Origin: Patescibacteria group bacterium
GTDB taxonomy: Bacteria > Patescibacteriota > Gracilibacteria > UBA4473
Length of the DNA stretch: 64,000 nt
Direction of reading: 5' to 3'
Assembly: GCA_965660445.1 (NCBI GenBank)
Contig: CBFIAK010000001.1
Coordinates: 64,001 to 128,000, forward strand
Part shown: positions 19,110-30,419 of the stretch, one piece after another
How the letters are laid out: every line of letters begins with the position of its first letter
Numbering within the stretch: position 1 is the first letter of the stretch
Notes under the pieces: generated by a model
Databases searched by the model: none
What the model saw: only the letters and a program-made list of their open reading frames with translations
What the model was told of the DNA's origin: nothing
Translations under genes and position numbers: made by a program

Positions 19110-20324
19110 ATGAAACGTACTTGGATCACAAAAGCAACTCTGATTCATCTCAATATACTTTGTTTACTCCTTCCTTTACACGGAAGTATAACTGTATTTT
19201 TCCCCGAACCTTTTCGATTCTGGAAAGAATACATACTTCTATTTTTTCTCTGTGTCTGGATATTTCAAGAAATACAGACCCCTCAAAAATGGATTTTTAA
19301 AAGTACTGAAACACTGAGTGCAAGTATGGTCATCCTCACAGGACTTCACCTATTCACCGCTCCACACACACTCACGGCTTTACATGCAGCCCGATATATA
19401 ACCCTTGGATTTCTTCTCTACACTCTATTCAAGCGACTCATCTATACTCACAACTACCCAATTACACTGCAAAACATAAGTCGATACCTATTCTGGGGAT
19501 GTGGTTTGTCTGTTCTTTTTGGTTTATGGGCACATTTTGCAGGCGGTTACTCTGTACTTCAACAATGGTATTCAACCACTATTTCATCATGGGTTCCAAG
19601 CCAAACAATCCCCCTTTACCATGCTGTTAATGATATACCTCGAATGCAAGGTACTGCATCAGGTCCCATTGAGTTTTCACACCTACTTCTCGCATCACTC
19701 ATGATACTTCCCTACGCAAAACTCAAGAAATGGGTTCTTTTCATGGGGATATTACTCCTCTTAACAGGTATACTTATGAGTGCATCACGATCTGCTTTTT
19801 TTATCGCTTTTATTATACTCGCATTTCAAAGTGCAAGATGGTACAACCTCCCAAAAACGACCCTGCAAACACTTATTGCTGGACTCTTTGTTCTTATTAC
19901 CATTGGTATGTCATTCAACCCAACACTGCCCGCAAAAATAGTCTACAGAGCCGGCACATCCGATCACATAACTCGTCCCATAGAAGGAATCGGAAAAGCA
20001 ATAACTAATCCCCTTTGGGGAGATCTCGGATCTGTTGGCCCAGCGGCGCGAGCGTACAATCTAACTCATCACAATGATGATAAAGCTTTCATTGCTGAAA
20101 ATATATTTATTGATTACTGGATTCAGCTTGGTATTTTGGGGTTATGTATATCAATTTCTTTTTTCATTGCCCTGTGGAAAACAATGGGAAACAATGGGAG
20201 AATTTGGGTTTTGTCTATTCTTATAGCAGGAAACATAGCCACTATTTTTGATATGACACCCATAAGTATCTTGTTTTTTATTCTATTAGTGGTATTGTCA
20301 AACAAACATAATCCTTCCTCATGA
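19110..20324 (+). CDS. O-antigen ligase (Wzy_C)-like membrane protein
   Basis: Multi-TM protein with RMQGTASGP, SASRSA and AENIFID..QLGILG motifs. Confidence 0.7.
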   Translation: MKRTWITKATLIHLNILCLLLPLHGSITVFFPEPFRFWKEYILLFFLCVWIFQEIQTPQKWIFKSTETLSASMVILTGLHLFTAPHTLTALHAARYITLGFLLYTLFKRLIYTHNYPITLQNISRYLFWGCGLSVLFGLWAHFAGGYSVLQQWYSTTISSWVPSQTIPLYHAVNDIPRMQGTASGPIEFSHLLLASLMILPYAKLKKWVLFMGILLLLTGILMSASRSAFFIAFIILAFQSARWYNLPKTTLQTLIAGLFVLITIGMSFNPTLPAKIVYRAGTSDHITRPIEGIGKAITNPLWGDLGSVGPAARAYNLTHHNDDKAFIAENIFIDYWIQLGILGLCISISFFIALWKTMGNNGRIWVLSILIAGNIATIFDMTPISILFFILLVVLSNKHNPSS

Positions 20325-21403
20325 ATGGTTTAGCCCATCATATCGATAATTTATTTATTATACTCGGGTATATGGTTTGTAGTTTTGTAATTGCTATACT
20401 CTTATTTCCTGATTTCATACAGTTTGTAAAAGATTTTAAGATAACCCAAAAAATCAGAGAAGATGGTTTAAGTGGTGGTACTGCAAAATTATTTCGTGAA
20501 CTTCATGCTCATAAATCAGGAACTCCAACAATGGGAGGAATTGTGATTATAACTGCCATTCTCTCAACAGTCCTTATCTCACGTATATTGTCTTATTATG
20601 GTATTATCGATAGCTCTCTCTTAAACCGAGGTGAAACCTATCTCCCTATTGCAACGCTCATTAGTGTTGGGATATTGGGCGTTATTGATGACTACTTAAA
20701 TATTAAAGAATCCTCCAAACAAAAAGGGTTATCGGCACGAGTAAAACTCTGGAGTCTTATTGTGTTTTCAATTGCAGGCGCCTTATGGTTCACCTTAAAG
20801 CTCGAATACTCGAGTATTCATATTCCAGGAATAGGAGATTTCGAAATAGGGTTCTTTTATTTTCCTTTATTTATTTTGGTACTCGTAGGAACTTCAAATT
20901 CGGTAAACTTAACCGATGGGCTCGATGGACTCGCAGGTGGACTGCTCGCTATCGCCTATGGAATATTCGGAGCTATATCATATTTCTCAGGGCAACCTAT
21001 TTTAGCTACTTTTTGCGCTGTTATTATGGCAGCTCTTATTGCATTTTTATGGTTTAATGTTCCTCCAGCAAAAATATATATGGGGGATACTGGCTCTCTC
21101 TCTCTTGGCGCGACTCTCGGAGTGATTGCGATGATGACTAATTCTCTCGCTATATTACTTATTGTTGGGTTTATTTTTATTCTTGAGACACTGTCTGTCA
21201 TTTTGCAATTGTTTTGGAAAAAACATTTTCAAAAAAAACTGTTTCTTATTGCCCCTATTCATCATCATTTTGAAGCAAAAGGATGGTCAGAAACTCAAAT
21301 CGTAATGAGGTTTTGGATTCTCGGTGCTTGCATAGGAGTAGTCGGACTTCTGGTTGGACTTTTGGGTATGGGAAACCGAGAATTTTCTCTTTTTCTTTTT
21401 TAA
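20321..21403 (+). CDS. mraY: Phospho-N-acetylmuramoyl-pentapeptide transferase
   Basis: KSGTPTMGG, IDD, NSVNLTDGLDGL, YMGDTGS and APIHHHFE motifs. Confidence 0.97.
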   Translation: MNGLAHHIDNLFIILGYMVCSFVIAILLFPDFIQFVKDFKITQKIREDGLSGGTAKLFRELHAHKSGTPTMGGIVIITAILSTVLISRILSYYGIIDSSLLNRGETYLPIATLISVGILGVIDDYLNIKESSKQKGLSARVKLWSLIVFSIAGALWFTLKLEYSSIHIPGIGDFEIGFFYFPLFILVLVGTSNSVNLTDGLDGLAGGLLAIAYGIFGAISYFSGQPILATFCAVIMAALIAFLWFNVPPAKIYMGDTGSLSLGATLGVIAMMTNSLAILLIVGFIFILETLSVILQLFWKKHFQKKLFLIAPIHHHFEAKGWSETQIVMRFWILGACIGVVGLLVGLLGMGNREFSLFLF

Positions 21404-21435
21404 GTTTTTAAGTATAGTACAACTCACTTACACGC

Positions 21436-22614
21436 ATGCAAATACAAGGTACTACACTTCAACCAAAGAAAAAAAACATGATTGCTTTTCTTGATCAAGG
21501 AGAAACCCTTGGAGGAACAGAACGATTTTTACTTGATTTTATAAACAGTCTTTCACAAGAAGACCAAAAAAGAAATCCCTCTATTGTACTAGGCGGATCA
21601 TCAAGAAAATATAGAGAACGAATACCAGAAACAATCCCTATTTATTCATTTTCTTTTCCATCTGTAAAAGGAAACCTATTTACAAAAATATGGAGACTCT
21701 TTCAAATTATTTCTTCAGCACAAAAACTGAATAAAAAACTCAAAACTGAACAAATAACAACTGTTTTTTCAAACACTCCCCGAACAAGTTTTGTTATGTT
21801 TTTCGCAAAAATTTTATGGAGAACACGATCACGATGGATTGTAATGATTCATGATTTTTCTATTCCCGGAAAGATTCTTTCTCGCATTGTCGCTCAATGC
21901 AATACCGTTGTTGTTAGTTCTACAGCAGCACGTAATTACGTGCATGCTCATATTCGACCAAAAGATTATAAAAAAATAAAAATTGTCGAAAACAGTGTTG
22001 ATGTTGATGCATTACCAAATATATCGACTCCAACAGAAATCAAGAATATACTCATGCTCGGACGAATAGATCCGCAAAAAGGACAAAAATACGCTTTAGA
22101 AGCGGCTGATTTACTACTCGAACGAAACCCTGATCTGCAGTTTAAGATTGTCGGGAGCCCATTTGAAAAAGATGAACGAACCGTGAGATACAACCAAGAA
22201 ATTCATGAGTTTGTAAAAGAACGAGAACTTTCCAATGTATCATTTCAAGAAGAAGTATCAAATCCTTTTGAAGTTATTGCACAATGCGATTGTTTACTAG
22301 CACTTCCCACACAACCTGAATCATTTGGAAGAATTGTTATAGAGGCACTCGCTATGGGAAAACTCGTTATTGTGTTTCGTGAAACTGGGCCAAAAGAGAT
22401 TATGCAAAGCTATGAACAGTTTATAGGGGTATCGGTAAAACCCTTGGTTATAGAAAAAAATGCAATGACTCTCGCCGAAACCATTGGTCATTTTGCAGAT
22501 CATCCTGACGATAGTCATATTTACACAGAAAAAGCTCGTGAATTTGTTCGAAAACAGTTTTCTGCACAAGAAAGTAAAAAAAGACTTCTTCATATTTTAA
22601 CCCATTCTGACTAA
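21436..22614 (+). CDS. Glycosyltransferase family 4
   Basis: GGTER, GRIDPQKG and ESFGRIVIEALAMG motifs. Confidence 0.88.
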   Translation: MQIQGTTLQPKKKNMIAFLDQGETLGGTERFLLDFINSLSQEDQKRNPSIVLGGSSRKYRERIPETIPIYSFSFPSVKGNLFTKIWRLFQIISSAQKLNKKLKTEQITTVFSNTPRTSFVMFFAKILWRTRSRWIVMIHDFSIPGKILSRIVAQCNTVVVSSTAARNYVHAHIRPKDYKKIKIVENSVDVDALPNISTPTEIKNILMLGRIDPQKGQKYALEAADLLLERNPDLQFKIVGSPFEKDERTVRYNQEIHEFVKERELSNVSFQEEVSNPFEVIAQCDCLLALPTQPESFGRIVIEALAMGKLVIVFRETGPKEIMQSYEQFIGVSVKPLVIEKNAMTLAETIGHFADHPDDSHIYTEKAREFVRKQFSAQESKKRLLHILTHSD

Positions 22615-22637
22615 CAAAGAGGAACGGTTCTAAATAA

Positions 22638-22666
22638 TTGACAAAATTACAAAAAATGACTACAAT
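22638..22666 (+). promoter_or_regulatory. sigma70-type promoter of uvrA
   Basis: TTGACA-17 bp-TACAAT. Confidence 0.7.
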
Positions 22667-22726
22667 GGCGCTACCAAGAAAGCGCATATTGGGCGCTTTT
22701 TTTTGTATTTCACTGATTTATTTTTC

Positions 22727-25597
22727 ATGCAAGACCACATAATTGTTCGCGGTGCACGTATGCACAACCTTAAGAATATTAATGTGGATATTCCCCGTAA
22801 TAAGTTAACCGTGATTACAGGTGTTTCAGGATCAGGAAAATCATCACTGGCCTTTGATACGATTTTTGCGGAAGGACAACGCCGGTACATGGAAAGTTTA
22901 TCAACCTATGCACGGCAGTTTTTAAAACTCCAAGAAAAAACAGAAGTTGATTCCATTGATGGACTCTCTCCAGCTATTTCAATTGATCAAAAGACAATCA
23001 TTCGAAATCCTCGATCAACGGTTGGGACTGTGACTGAAATCTATGATTATATGCGGTTATTGTTTGCAAAACTCGGAACGCCTATAAATCCCCTCACAGG
23101 AAAAAAACTCGAATGTCAATCTCCAAGTCAAATTGCCGACACTATCCAAGAATGGAAAGAAGGTGAGAAATTCATGGTACTTGCACCACTCATAAAAGAT
23201 AAAAAAGGTGAACACAGACACATTATCTCTAAAATACAAAAAGCAGGTTTTGTACGCCTCAGGATTGATGGATTTGTAACGACGATAAATGAAGACATAG
23301 AGCTAGATCCAAACAAAAAACATTCTATTGAAATTGTGGTTGACCGTCTTGTGAAAGCCGATTATTCACCTCGATACAAAACACTCGAATCAGGAGACAA
23401 AATTGAAGAACAAAACGATGATCGACTTCGATTGATTGATTCACTTGAAACAGCTCTTAAGTTTGGAGAAGGAATTGTTGTTATCCACACTCTTTCTGAT
23501 GAAATGGATCATCTTTTTTCCGAACACTTATCGGACCCTGAAACAGGATTTTCATTTCCAGAGCTTGAACCACGACTTTTTTCATTTAATTCTCCCCATG
23601 GAGCCTGTTTAAAATGTCACGGATTGGGGTACAAACTCACACTTGATCAAGATTCAACATTTAATGATAATCTTTCTATTCGTGAAGGAGGTATTCTTCC
23701 ATGGGCATCACTCGGCATGAATGCACAACGATGGTACTTTTCAGTCCTCGAAGCCGTTGGAAAAATATATAATTTCAGTCTCGATGAACCACTATCGCGA
23801 ATATCAGATGATACAAAAACAAAGCTTCTTGAAGGGTTTGGATCAGAAGTATTTAACGTTCCACTGAAAGGTGCTTATAGCGGAAGACATACCGAAACAA
23901 ATTTTGAAGGCATCATTCATCAAACAGAGAAACGATATAACGAATCTGATTCTGAGTTTGTGCGCAAAAAACTCAGTGAGTTTATGCGTGAACAATCGTG
24001 TAGCGAATGTCATGGTACGCGCTTAAATATATACGCTCAAAATGTTTTTGTTGACGATAAAAACATAGCGCAATTATGTCAGATGTCTATTTCTGAGTTC
24101 AAAGAATGGATAGGATCGCTCAAGATTTCACAATTTAATGAAAAAATAGCTCGTCCAATTCAAAAAGAAATTGTCGATCGACTCGGATTTCTTGAAAAAG
24201 TAGGTTTGAGCTACTTAAATCTTTCTCGAACAGCCAACACTCTTTCAGGAGGAGAAGCACAGAGAATTCGGCTCGCCACGCAAATCGGATCGTGTTTGCA
24301 AGGCGTACTGTATGTACTTGATGAACCATCTATTGGACTTCATCAAAAAGACAACACAAAACTGATTGAAACACTCAAAAATCTCCGTGATATAGGAAAT
24401 ACGGTCATTGTTGTTGAACACGATGAAGACACCATTCGAGAAGCTGATTTTGTTATTGAAATTGGTCCCAAATCCGGAAAAAATGGAGGACATTTGGTAT
24501 GCTGTGGTGCATTAGAAGAAATAAAAGATATTCCGTGTGAAACTGCTGATTTCTTATTTGGAAGACAAAGCATTGATATCCCCCGAGTACGTCGACACCC
24601 AATTGGAAAACTATCGATTCGTGGTGCAAGAGAAAACAATTTAAAAAATATTGATATTGATATTCCATTAGGAATATTGGTAGGAGTTTCTGGCGTATCA
24701 GGGTCTGGAAAAAGTTCTCTTATAAACAAAATTTTAGTACCAACACTTGCTCGAAAACTGAATCGCGCAAAATCTTTATCAGGAGCTCATGACAGCATTG
24801 AAGGCATTGAACAACTCGATAAACTCATTTCTATTGATCAAACGCCTATTGGGCGAACCCCTCGTTCAAACCCGGCCACTTACACTGGTGTTTTTACGGA
24901 TATCCGAGATGTTTTTTCATCTCTTCCAGAATCAAAAATTCGAGGATATAGCAGTGGACGATTTAGTTTTAATATTAAAGGAGGACGATGTGAATCATGT
25001 AGTGGAGACGGAATCAAAAAAATAGAAATGCATTTCTTGCCAGATGTATATGTACCCTGTGAAGTCTGTAACGGAAAACGGTATAACCAAGAGACACTTG
25101 AAATTAAATACAGAGGAAAATCTATTTATGAAGTTCTTGATATGACCGTTGAAGAAGCGTTACAATTTTTTGAAAATTTTTCAAATATTGCTCATAAACT
25201 AGAAGCATTACACTCCGTTGGACTTGGGTATATTCATCTAGGGCAAAGTGCTGTAACACTTTCTGGAGGAGAAGCACAACGAGTAAAACTCGCCAGTGAA
25301 CTCATGAAAAAAGCTACAGGAAACACGATTTATGTACTCGACGAACCCACAACTGGACTTCACTTTAGTGATGTCAAACGATTACTCGAAACCATTCAAA
25401 AATTAGTCGACAAAGGCAACTCTGTGATTGTTATTGAGCATAATCTAGACGTCTTAAAATGTTGTGACTATTTGATTGATCTCGGTCCTGAAGGTGGACA
25501 CCGAGGAGGACATATCGTTGGCATGGGAACTCCTGAAGAATTAGCAAAAAATAAAGAGAGCTTCACAGGACATTTCCTAGAAAAGATGATTTCTTAA
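22727..25597 (+). CDS. uvrA: Excinuclease ABC subunit A
   Basis: Two ABC ATPase modules (GVSGSGKSS x2, LSGGEAQR x2) and zinc-finger CxxC motifs. Confidence 0.98.
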   Translation: MQDHIIVRGARMHNLKNINVDIPRNKLTVITGVSGSGKSSLAFDTIFAEGQRRYMESLSTYARQFLKLQEKTEVDSIDGLSPAISIDQKTIIRNPRSTVGTVTEIYDYMRLLFAKLGTPINPLTGKKLECQSPSQIADTIQEWKEGEKFMVLAPLIKDKKGEHRHIISKIQKAGFVRLRIDGFVTTINEDIELDPNKKHSIEIVVDRLVKADYSPRYKTLESGDKIEEQNDDRLRLIDSLETALKFGEGIVVIHTLSDEMDHLFSEHLSDPETGFSFPELEPRLFSFNSPHGACLKCHGLGYKLTLDQDSTFNDNLSIREGGILPWASLGMNAQRWYFSVLEAVGKIYNFSLDEPLSRISDDTKTKLLEGFGSEVFNVPLKGAYSGRHTETNFEGIIHQTEKRYNESDSEFVRKKLSEFMREQSCSECHGTRLNIYAQNVFVDDKNIAQLCQMSISEFKEWIGSLKISQFNEKIARPIQKEIVDRLGFLEKVGLSYLNLSRTANTLSGGEAQRIRLATQIGSCLQGVLYVLDEPSIGLHQKDNTKLIETLKNLRDIGNTVIVVEHDEDTIREADFVIEIGPKSGKNGGHLVCCGALEEIKDIPCETADFLFGRQSIDIPRVRRHPIGKLSIRGARENNLKNIDIDIPLGILVGVSGVSGSGKSSLINKILVPTLARKLNRAKSLSGAHDSIEGIEQLDKLISIDQTPIGRTPRSNPATYTGVFTDIRDVFSSLPESKIRGYSSGRFSFNIKGGRCESCSGDGIKKIEMHFLPDVYVPCEVCNGKRYNQETLEIKYRGKSIYEVLDMTVEEALQFFENFSNIAHKLEALHSVGLGYIHLGQSAVTLSGGEAQRVKLASELMKKATGNTIYVLDEPTTGLHFSDVKRLLETIQKLVDKGNSVIVIEHNLDVLKCCDYLIDLGPEGGHRGGHIVGMGTPEELAKNKESFTGHFLEKMIS

Positions 25598-25657
25598 AAA
25601 GTTTCCTTGAAAAAAAGAGTAAAAGAGAGTATAATGATACGATTTTTATATTTTTCT

Positions 25658-26113
25658 ATGAAATCTATTACATACCAACACGCTCAAGCGAGAAATATCA
25701 TATTTCAGAATTTTCATGATCATGATGAAGATTGGTTTCCCAATAGATGTGAAATCGACAGTCCAGAAGTAGATAGTGTCGAAGATATGCAAATCATTCT
25801 GAAAGAGCTCGGATATTATGAAGGGGAGATTGATAATTTAGGAGGAAAAGTCAGTTCTTTTGATCAAACTTCAGACGCAGTAAAACAATTTATTAAAGAT
25901 TGGAATCGTGAAAACCCTGAAGATATAATCAATGGAGAAAATGAAACCGATACCATCACAAGCTATGTGACTCCAGAAATAATGAAACGACTTCAATATG
26001 TCGCTTTGAAAAAACAAATCAACTGGGAACTCAATGAACTCAAAGACCGATTCAAAAAAATAACCCCTCAAAATATTCAGAAGAAGAAAAAAAATAATAT
26101 AAGTCGACAATAA
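25658..26113 (+). CDS. Hypothetical protein with a peptidoglycan-binding-like motif
   Basis: VEDMQIILKELGYYEGEID..T..AVKQF resembles PG_binding_1. Start codon uncertain. Confidence 0.5.
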   Translation: MKSITYQHAQARNIIFQNFHDHDEDWFPNRCEIDSPEVDSVEDMQIILKELGYYEGEIDNLGGKVSSFDQTSDAVKQFIKDWNRENPEDIINGENETDTITSYVTPEIMKRLQYVALKKQINWELNELKDRFKKITPQNIQKKKKNNISRQ

Positions 26114-26214
26114 CTTGACAATATTATATATTTGTTTTATAAAGGAGATGCTCTTTGAGTCGACGAAACAACTCAAACATACAAATATTATAAACAATAA
26201 AAAAAGGAGTCTTT

Positions 26215-26751
26215 ATGCAAAAGCATATAGTTGCGATAATTCTTATCGCTTTCAGCGCACTGCTACTAAGCAGCTGCGGAACCAATTTTAACGGTTCACA
26301 AACAAACACATATGCCCCACAATGGTTTGATTATAACGGGGGTGAATCTGTAGGTCTTGATGTTCAACGATACTTCTCAAAAAGGCTTACAGAAGCTGGA
26401 AAAGGAGAAAGATCTGAGGACAAACTCTATGATCCTCGTTCAAAAACAGGAACACTGATAGTAGATGGCAAGCACTACACACTCAAAGAAATTACTCCTT
26501 CACATTTAGTGATTGAGTTCTATGCTCCTCAGGGTTGTGCTGGTGCGCAATCTGGAAGGATACAAATCAAAAATGATGCTGGGTATTGTACTAGTTGTTG
26601 CAAAATCCAGTATTATCCACAAGATCTCGCGGTTAGTACCCGACTTGATGAAGTGTGGAAAGAAGTCCAAACATGGTACGAACGTGCTGGATTTGGCCTG
26701 TTAATACCAGAGGAATCAAATGATATCCAATGGTTTAACAAATTTTTCTAA
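26215..26751 (+). CDS. Hypothetical lipoprotein
   Basis: AGGAG RBS, lipobox LSSC and a downstream terminator. Confidence 0.65.
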   Translation: MQKHIVAIILIAFSALLLSSCGTNFNGSQTNTYAPQWFDYNGGESVGLDVQRYFSKRLTEAGKGERSEDKLYDPRSKTGTLIVDGKHYTLKEITPSHLVIEFYAPQGCAGAQSGRIQIKNDAGYCTSCCKIQYYPQDLAVSTRLDEVWKEVQTWYERAGFGLLIPEESNDIQWFNKFF

Positions 26752-26770
26752 ATCGTCGACTAGAGCACCT

Positions 26771-26802
26771 AATCCTCGTTTCAATAGAAACGAGGATTTT
26801 TT
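26771..26802. terminator. Terminator hairpin between convergent genes
   Basis: AATCCTCGTTTC-aata-GAAACGAGGATTTTTT. Confidence 0.75.
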
Positions 26803-26810
26803 TAAAATTA

Positions 26811-28247
26811 TTATGATTTCTTTTTTCCTTTTTTGAGTCGTTCCTCATGTGATTCCATCGCATCTCGAAATTCAACCACAAGTGGGGTTCCAAAAAAACC
26901 AAATTTTTCTCTTAATTTGTTTTCAACATATCGTTTATACGAAAAATGAAACGCTTTTTTATTATTCACGAAAAAGAGAAACTTTGGAGGAAGCGTATCA
27001 ACCTGTGACGCATATTTAATCACTCCGCGTTTCGTCCCTACCATAGGCGTTATGTGCTGGTAATAAACATCTGGAATAAACCGATTCAGCTCCGCCGTTG
27101 AGACTCGCTTATTCATTTCTGAAAAAATTCCTCTTAAGGTTTCAAAAAGATCCTGCACTCCTTTTCCTGTTTTTGCTGAAAAAAAGACAACAGGCGCCCA
27201 TGATGCAAATGGTATTTTCTGATGCAAATAATGCCAATAATCTTTTTTTACCCGATCTAAGTCTTTTCCCCACATTGGTATTTCTTCTAAATCTCGTTCA
27301 TCTGTTTCCTCTTGTGCTTTTGTTTTTTCTCGTACTAAATCAAATTTATTCACCCCAATAACAAGCCCTTTTCCGGCATCAATAGCAGCACCTGCGAGTG
27401 CTAAATCTTGATGAGTAACTCCATCCAGAGCATCAATGAGTAAAATTGCCACATGGCACGTTTCAATCGCTCGTTTTGTTCTTACAGAACTCCAAAACTC
27501 AATATCACGTTCAATACGCCCTGGACGACGAAGACCAGCGGTATCTAAAAACATATACGATTGTCCTGATTCATCAGTGTATGCCACATCAATAGTATCA
27601 CGAGTTGTCCCTGCTATTTCTGATACCACTGATCGTTTTTGCCCCAAAATACTATTAAGCAAAGAACTTTTCCCAACATTTGGTCGCCCCAAAAATGCAA
27701 CCCGAAGAGTATCTGTTTCTTCTGTTACTTCTGGTTCTTTTCCATGCCCTTTTTCCATCAATAATGCCTCGAGGGCATCTTCAAGTTCCCACATCCCAGC
27801 ATAATTTTTTGCAGAAATAGCAAGTGGTACTCCAAACCCAAACTCTGCATATTCAAATAAATGCATATTTGAACCATCATCAATTTTATTCGCTACAAAA
27901 ATAAGTGGTTTTTTCTTTCGTCTTAATGACTCAATAATATCATAGTCATCAGTAGTGAGTGGATTCTTCCCGTCAATTAAAAACAAAATCAAATCGGCAT
28001 TATCAGAAGCTAATCGTGCTTGTGTTTGAATTTCCGCATCAAGATTTTCTCCCTTCGTATTCGTAAGCCCCGCGGTATCTAAAAGCCAGTAATCAACTTT
28101 TTCACCATGTATCTTTTCCATAAGACTATCTCGAGTAGTTCCAGATATTGGAGATGTAATCGCTTTGTTCTGTTTCGCAAAACAATTAAAAAGGGTTGAT
28201 TTTCCTACATTGGGTCTCCCAACGATAGCAACAAGAGGCAGTGACAT
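26811..28247 (-). CDS. der: Ribosome biogenesis GTPase Der (EngA)
   Basis: Two GTPase domains (GRPNVGKS x2, GTTRD x2, DTAG x2) and a KH-like C-terminus. Confidence 0.97.
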   Translation of the reverse strand: MSLPLVAIVGRPNVGKSTLFNCFAKQNKAITSPISGTTRDSLMEKIHGEKVDYWLLDTAGLTNTKGENLDAEIQTQARLASDNADLILFLIDGKNPLTTDDYDIIESLRRKKKPLIFVANKIDDGSNMHLFEYAEFGFGVPLAISAKNYAGMWELEDALEALLMEKGHGKEPEVTEETDTLRVAFLGRPNVGKSSLLNSILGQKRSVVSEIAGTTRDTIDVAYTDESGQSYMFLDTAGLRRPGRIERDIEFWSSVRTKRAIETCHVAILLIDALDGVTHQDLALAGAAIDAGKGLVIGVNKFDLVREKTKAQEETDERDLEEIPMWGKDLDRVKKDYWHYLHQKIPFASWAPVVFFSAKTGKGVQDLFETLRGIFSEMNKRVSTAELNRFIPDVYYQHITPMVGTKRGVIKYASQVDTLPPKFLFFVNNKKAFHFSYKRYVENKLREKFGFFGTPLVVEFRDAMESHEERLKKGKKKS

Positions 28248-28309
28248 AAAAAAAAGAATAGAGTGGATTTCAACTTAACAAATATTAAATACTTTGTAAA
28301 ATAAACACA

Positions 28310-29620
28310 ATGATAAATGCTCTCCGCCATATAATTCCAGAACGGTTTCCATTGCGATTATGGTACCATAAAACTTCTGCGATGCTTGCTAGCACTGTTT
28401 ATAGGTTTCCAGGACACCATATGAGCGTTATTGCTGTTACTGGAACAAGTGGAAAATCAACAACAATCGAGCTTTTGCATTATATTCTCAGTAGTGCTGG
28501 TTTTAATGTCGGATCTCTTTCAGGAATTCAGTTTCGTATAAAAGACCAAGTATTTCCAAACCATTCACTGCGAACATCTCTCAGACCATGGGATACGCAA
28601 AAATGGCTTCAGAAAATGAAAAAAGAAGGATGTGAGTATGCACTGGTAGAAATATCTTCACATGCTATTGATCAAAATCGACATTGGGGTATTGGTATAG
28701 ATACAGGCGTCATAACCAATATTTATGACCACGAACATCTTGATTACCACAAAACCTTTGAAGCATACAAAAACACAAAACTTCATTTACTCGAATCTCT
28801 CAATCACGAATACCGAAAACCAAACGTTCCAAAACGAGCTATTATTAATAACGATAATCCTGCATGCACAGAAGCACGTCATATTCATTGTGATGATATA
28901 TGGACGTATTCATTTTCAACCGAAAGCGACTATCATGCGACCAACATTGAACTTTCTCAAACAGATATTCAGTTTGATATTCGAATTCCGAACCACGAAG
29001 CCCACATTCGAGTCCCTCTTATTGGAATGCATAACGCACAAAACATACTCTGTGCCATCACTATAGCATCCGCACACGGGGTATCACTCCAACACATACA
29101 AAAATGCCTCGAATCGTTTCCAGGAGTTCCTGCTCGATTAGAACCAATAGGAGATAAAACCCTTGGTTTCTCTCTTCTTTTAGATTATACCTATAAACCA
29201 TCGGCACTCCAAAATGTACTCAAAACACTGAAAAACGTAACCAAAAAGAGACTCGTTGTTGTCTGGGGTGGGGCTGGAGGTCGCAGTGAAGAAAACTGGA
29301 AAGAGTCAGCAAAAGAACTCAAAAAATATGCCGATGAAATAGTACTCACAACTGATGATCCATACGAAAAGGATCCTCGATATATTAGCGAAGTTATAAA
29401 ATCAGTTATCGAACGTCAAGAAGGTGATGGATTTTTTGATATTCCCGACCGATACGAAGCAATACGGTATGCAATTCTAACTGCAGAAAAAGGAGATACG
29501 GTTCTTATTGCCGGAAGAGGACACGAAAGCATCCAAACCATTGGAAAAACAAAAATACAATTTGAAGACAAAAAAGTATGCGAAGAAATACTCCAACACC
29601 GAACTCATTACATAAAATAA
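28310..29620 (+). CDS. murE: UDP-N-acetylmuramyl-tripeptide synthetase (MurE-like)
   Basis: VTGTSGKST, EISSHA, HEHLDYH and IAGRGHE motifs. The DNPR-equivalent position reads DDPY. Confidence 0.85.
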   Translation: MINALRHIIPERFPLRLWYHKTSAMLASTVYRFPGHHMSVIAVTGTSGKSTTIELLHYILSSAGFNVGSLSGIQFRIKDQVFPNHSLRTSLRPWDTQKWLQKMKKEGCEYALVEISSHAIDQNRHWGIGIDTGVITNIYDHEHLDYHKTFEAYKNTKLHLLESLNHEYRKPNVPKRAIINNDNPACTEARHIHCDDIWTYSFSTESDYHATNIELSQTDIQFDIRIPNHEAHIRVPLIGMHNAQNILCAITIASAHGVSLQHIQKCLESFPGVPARLEPIGDKTLGFSLLLDYTYKPSALQNVLKTLKNVTKKRLVVVWGGAGGRSEENWKESAKELKKYADEIVLTTDDPYEKDPRYISEVIKSVIERQEGDGFFDIPDRYEAIRYAILTAEKGDTVLIAGRGHESIQTIGKTKIQFEDKKVCEEILQHRTHYIK

Positions 29621-29814
29621 TTCAAAAAAATATTATCATAAAAAAACAAGTCATATCCTTCTTTTTCCTTGCCAAAAAAAGCCCTACTCCTCTATAATAA
29701 GACAGCATTGAAAAGTGAAACACTTTGAAATGTACTATTTAGATTGAGAGAAGAGAAACCGTCTTTCCGGCGGTTTTTTCTTGTCTTTTTAAAAAAACAT
29801 ATTTCAATTGATAC

Positions 29815-29850
29815 AAAAAAAACATCTCGATTGCCGAAGCAATCGAGATG
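29815..29850 (-). terminator. Intrinsic terminator of the pilin gene
   Basis: CATCTCGATTGC-loop-GCAATCGAGATG followed by a T-run on the minus strand. Confidence 0.8.
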
Positions 29851-29880
29851 AAATAACTATCAAGAGAAAGGAATGATTCC

Positions 29881-30297
29881 TTAGTTTTGACCGCCACTGT
29901 TTTGGTTTCCCGCACCCAGTATAGTATTGACCAAAGCAAACGAAATCAAAACCACAATAATACCAATAGCTGCATACATAAGCACTTTCTTTGCTTTTTC
30001 TGTATCGTCCCCACCAGCTGTAATATACAAGAAACCTCCATAAATTACCATAATAGTAGCAATAAGCCCCAAAAAGAATAGAAAGTAGTTTACAATAGTA
30101 AGAACTCCTTGCCGTGCAGACCCTCCAAAGCTCGTAGACTGCATAACGTTATCTGGATTATCATAGTCATTAATCATTGGACTTGTTGATCCTCCTGTTC
30201 CCACAGTATTACTTTGCGCTAACGCTGGAGTCGCATCAAAAGCGAGAAGTCCTAAAACTGATAGAAATCCAAAAGCGAGAAGAAACATTTTTTTCAT
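29881..30297 (-). CDS. VirB2/TrbC-like pilin (CPR type)
   Basis: Signal peptide (ALA) and two TM helices with YGGFLYITAGGDD.EKAKK.L.YAAIG. Paralog of 9507-9890. Confidence 0.78.
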   Translation of the reverse strand: MKKMFLLAFGFLSVLGLLAFDATPALAQSNTVGTGGSTSPMINDYDNPDNVMQSTSFGGSARQGVLTIVNYFLFFLGLIATIMVIYGGFLYITAGGDDTEKAKKVLMYAAIGIIVVLISFALVNTILGAGNQNSGGQN

Positions 30298-30419
30298 GAT
30301 AATTTGAAATGAATAAAAAATATGTGATTACTTATGGAGTATAATTGCTCACACAAAAAAGCACAATATAGGTTTCGTGTTTTAGATTGACAATATATTC
30401 CAAACCTTTCAGTTTTACA

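Noticed and set aside
26143-26180. Fluoride riboswitch-like GGAGATG start upstream of the lipoprotein
   Set aside because: It lacks the remaining conserved elements; only a simple TTTGAGT/ACTCAAA hairpin is present.
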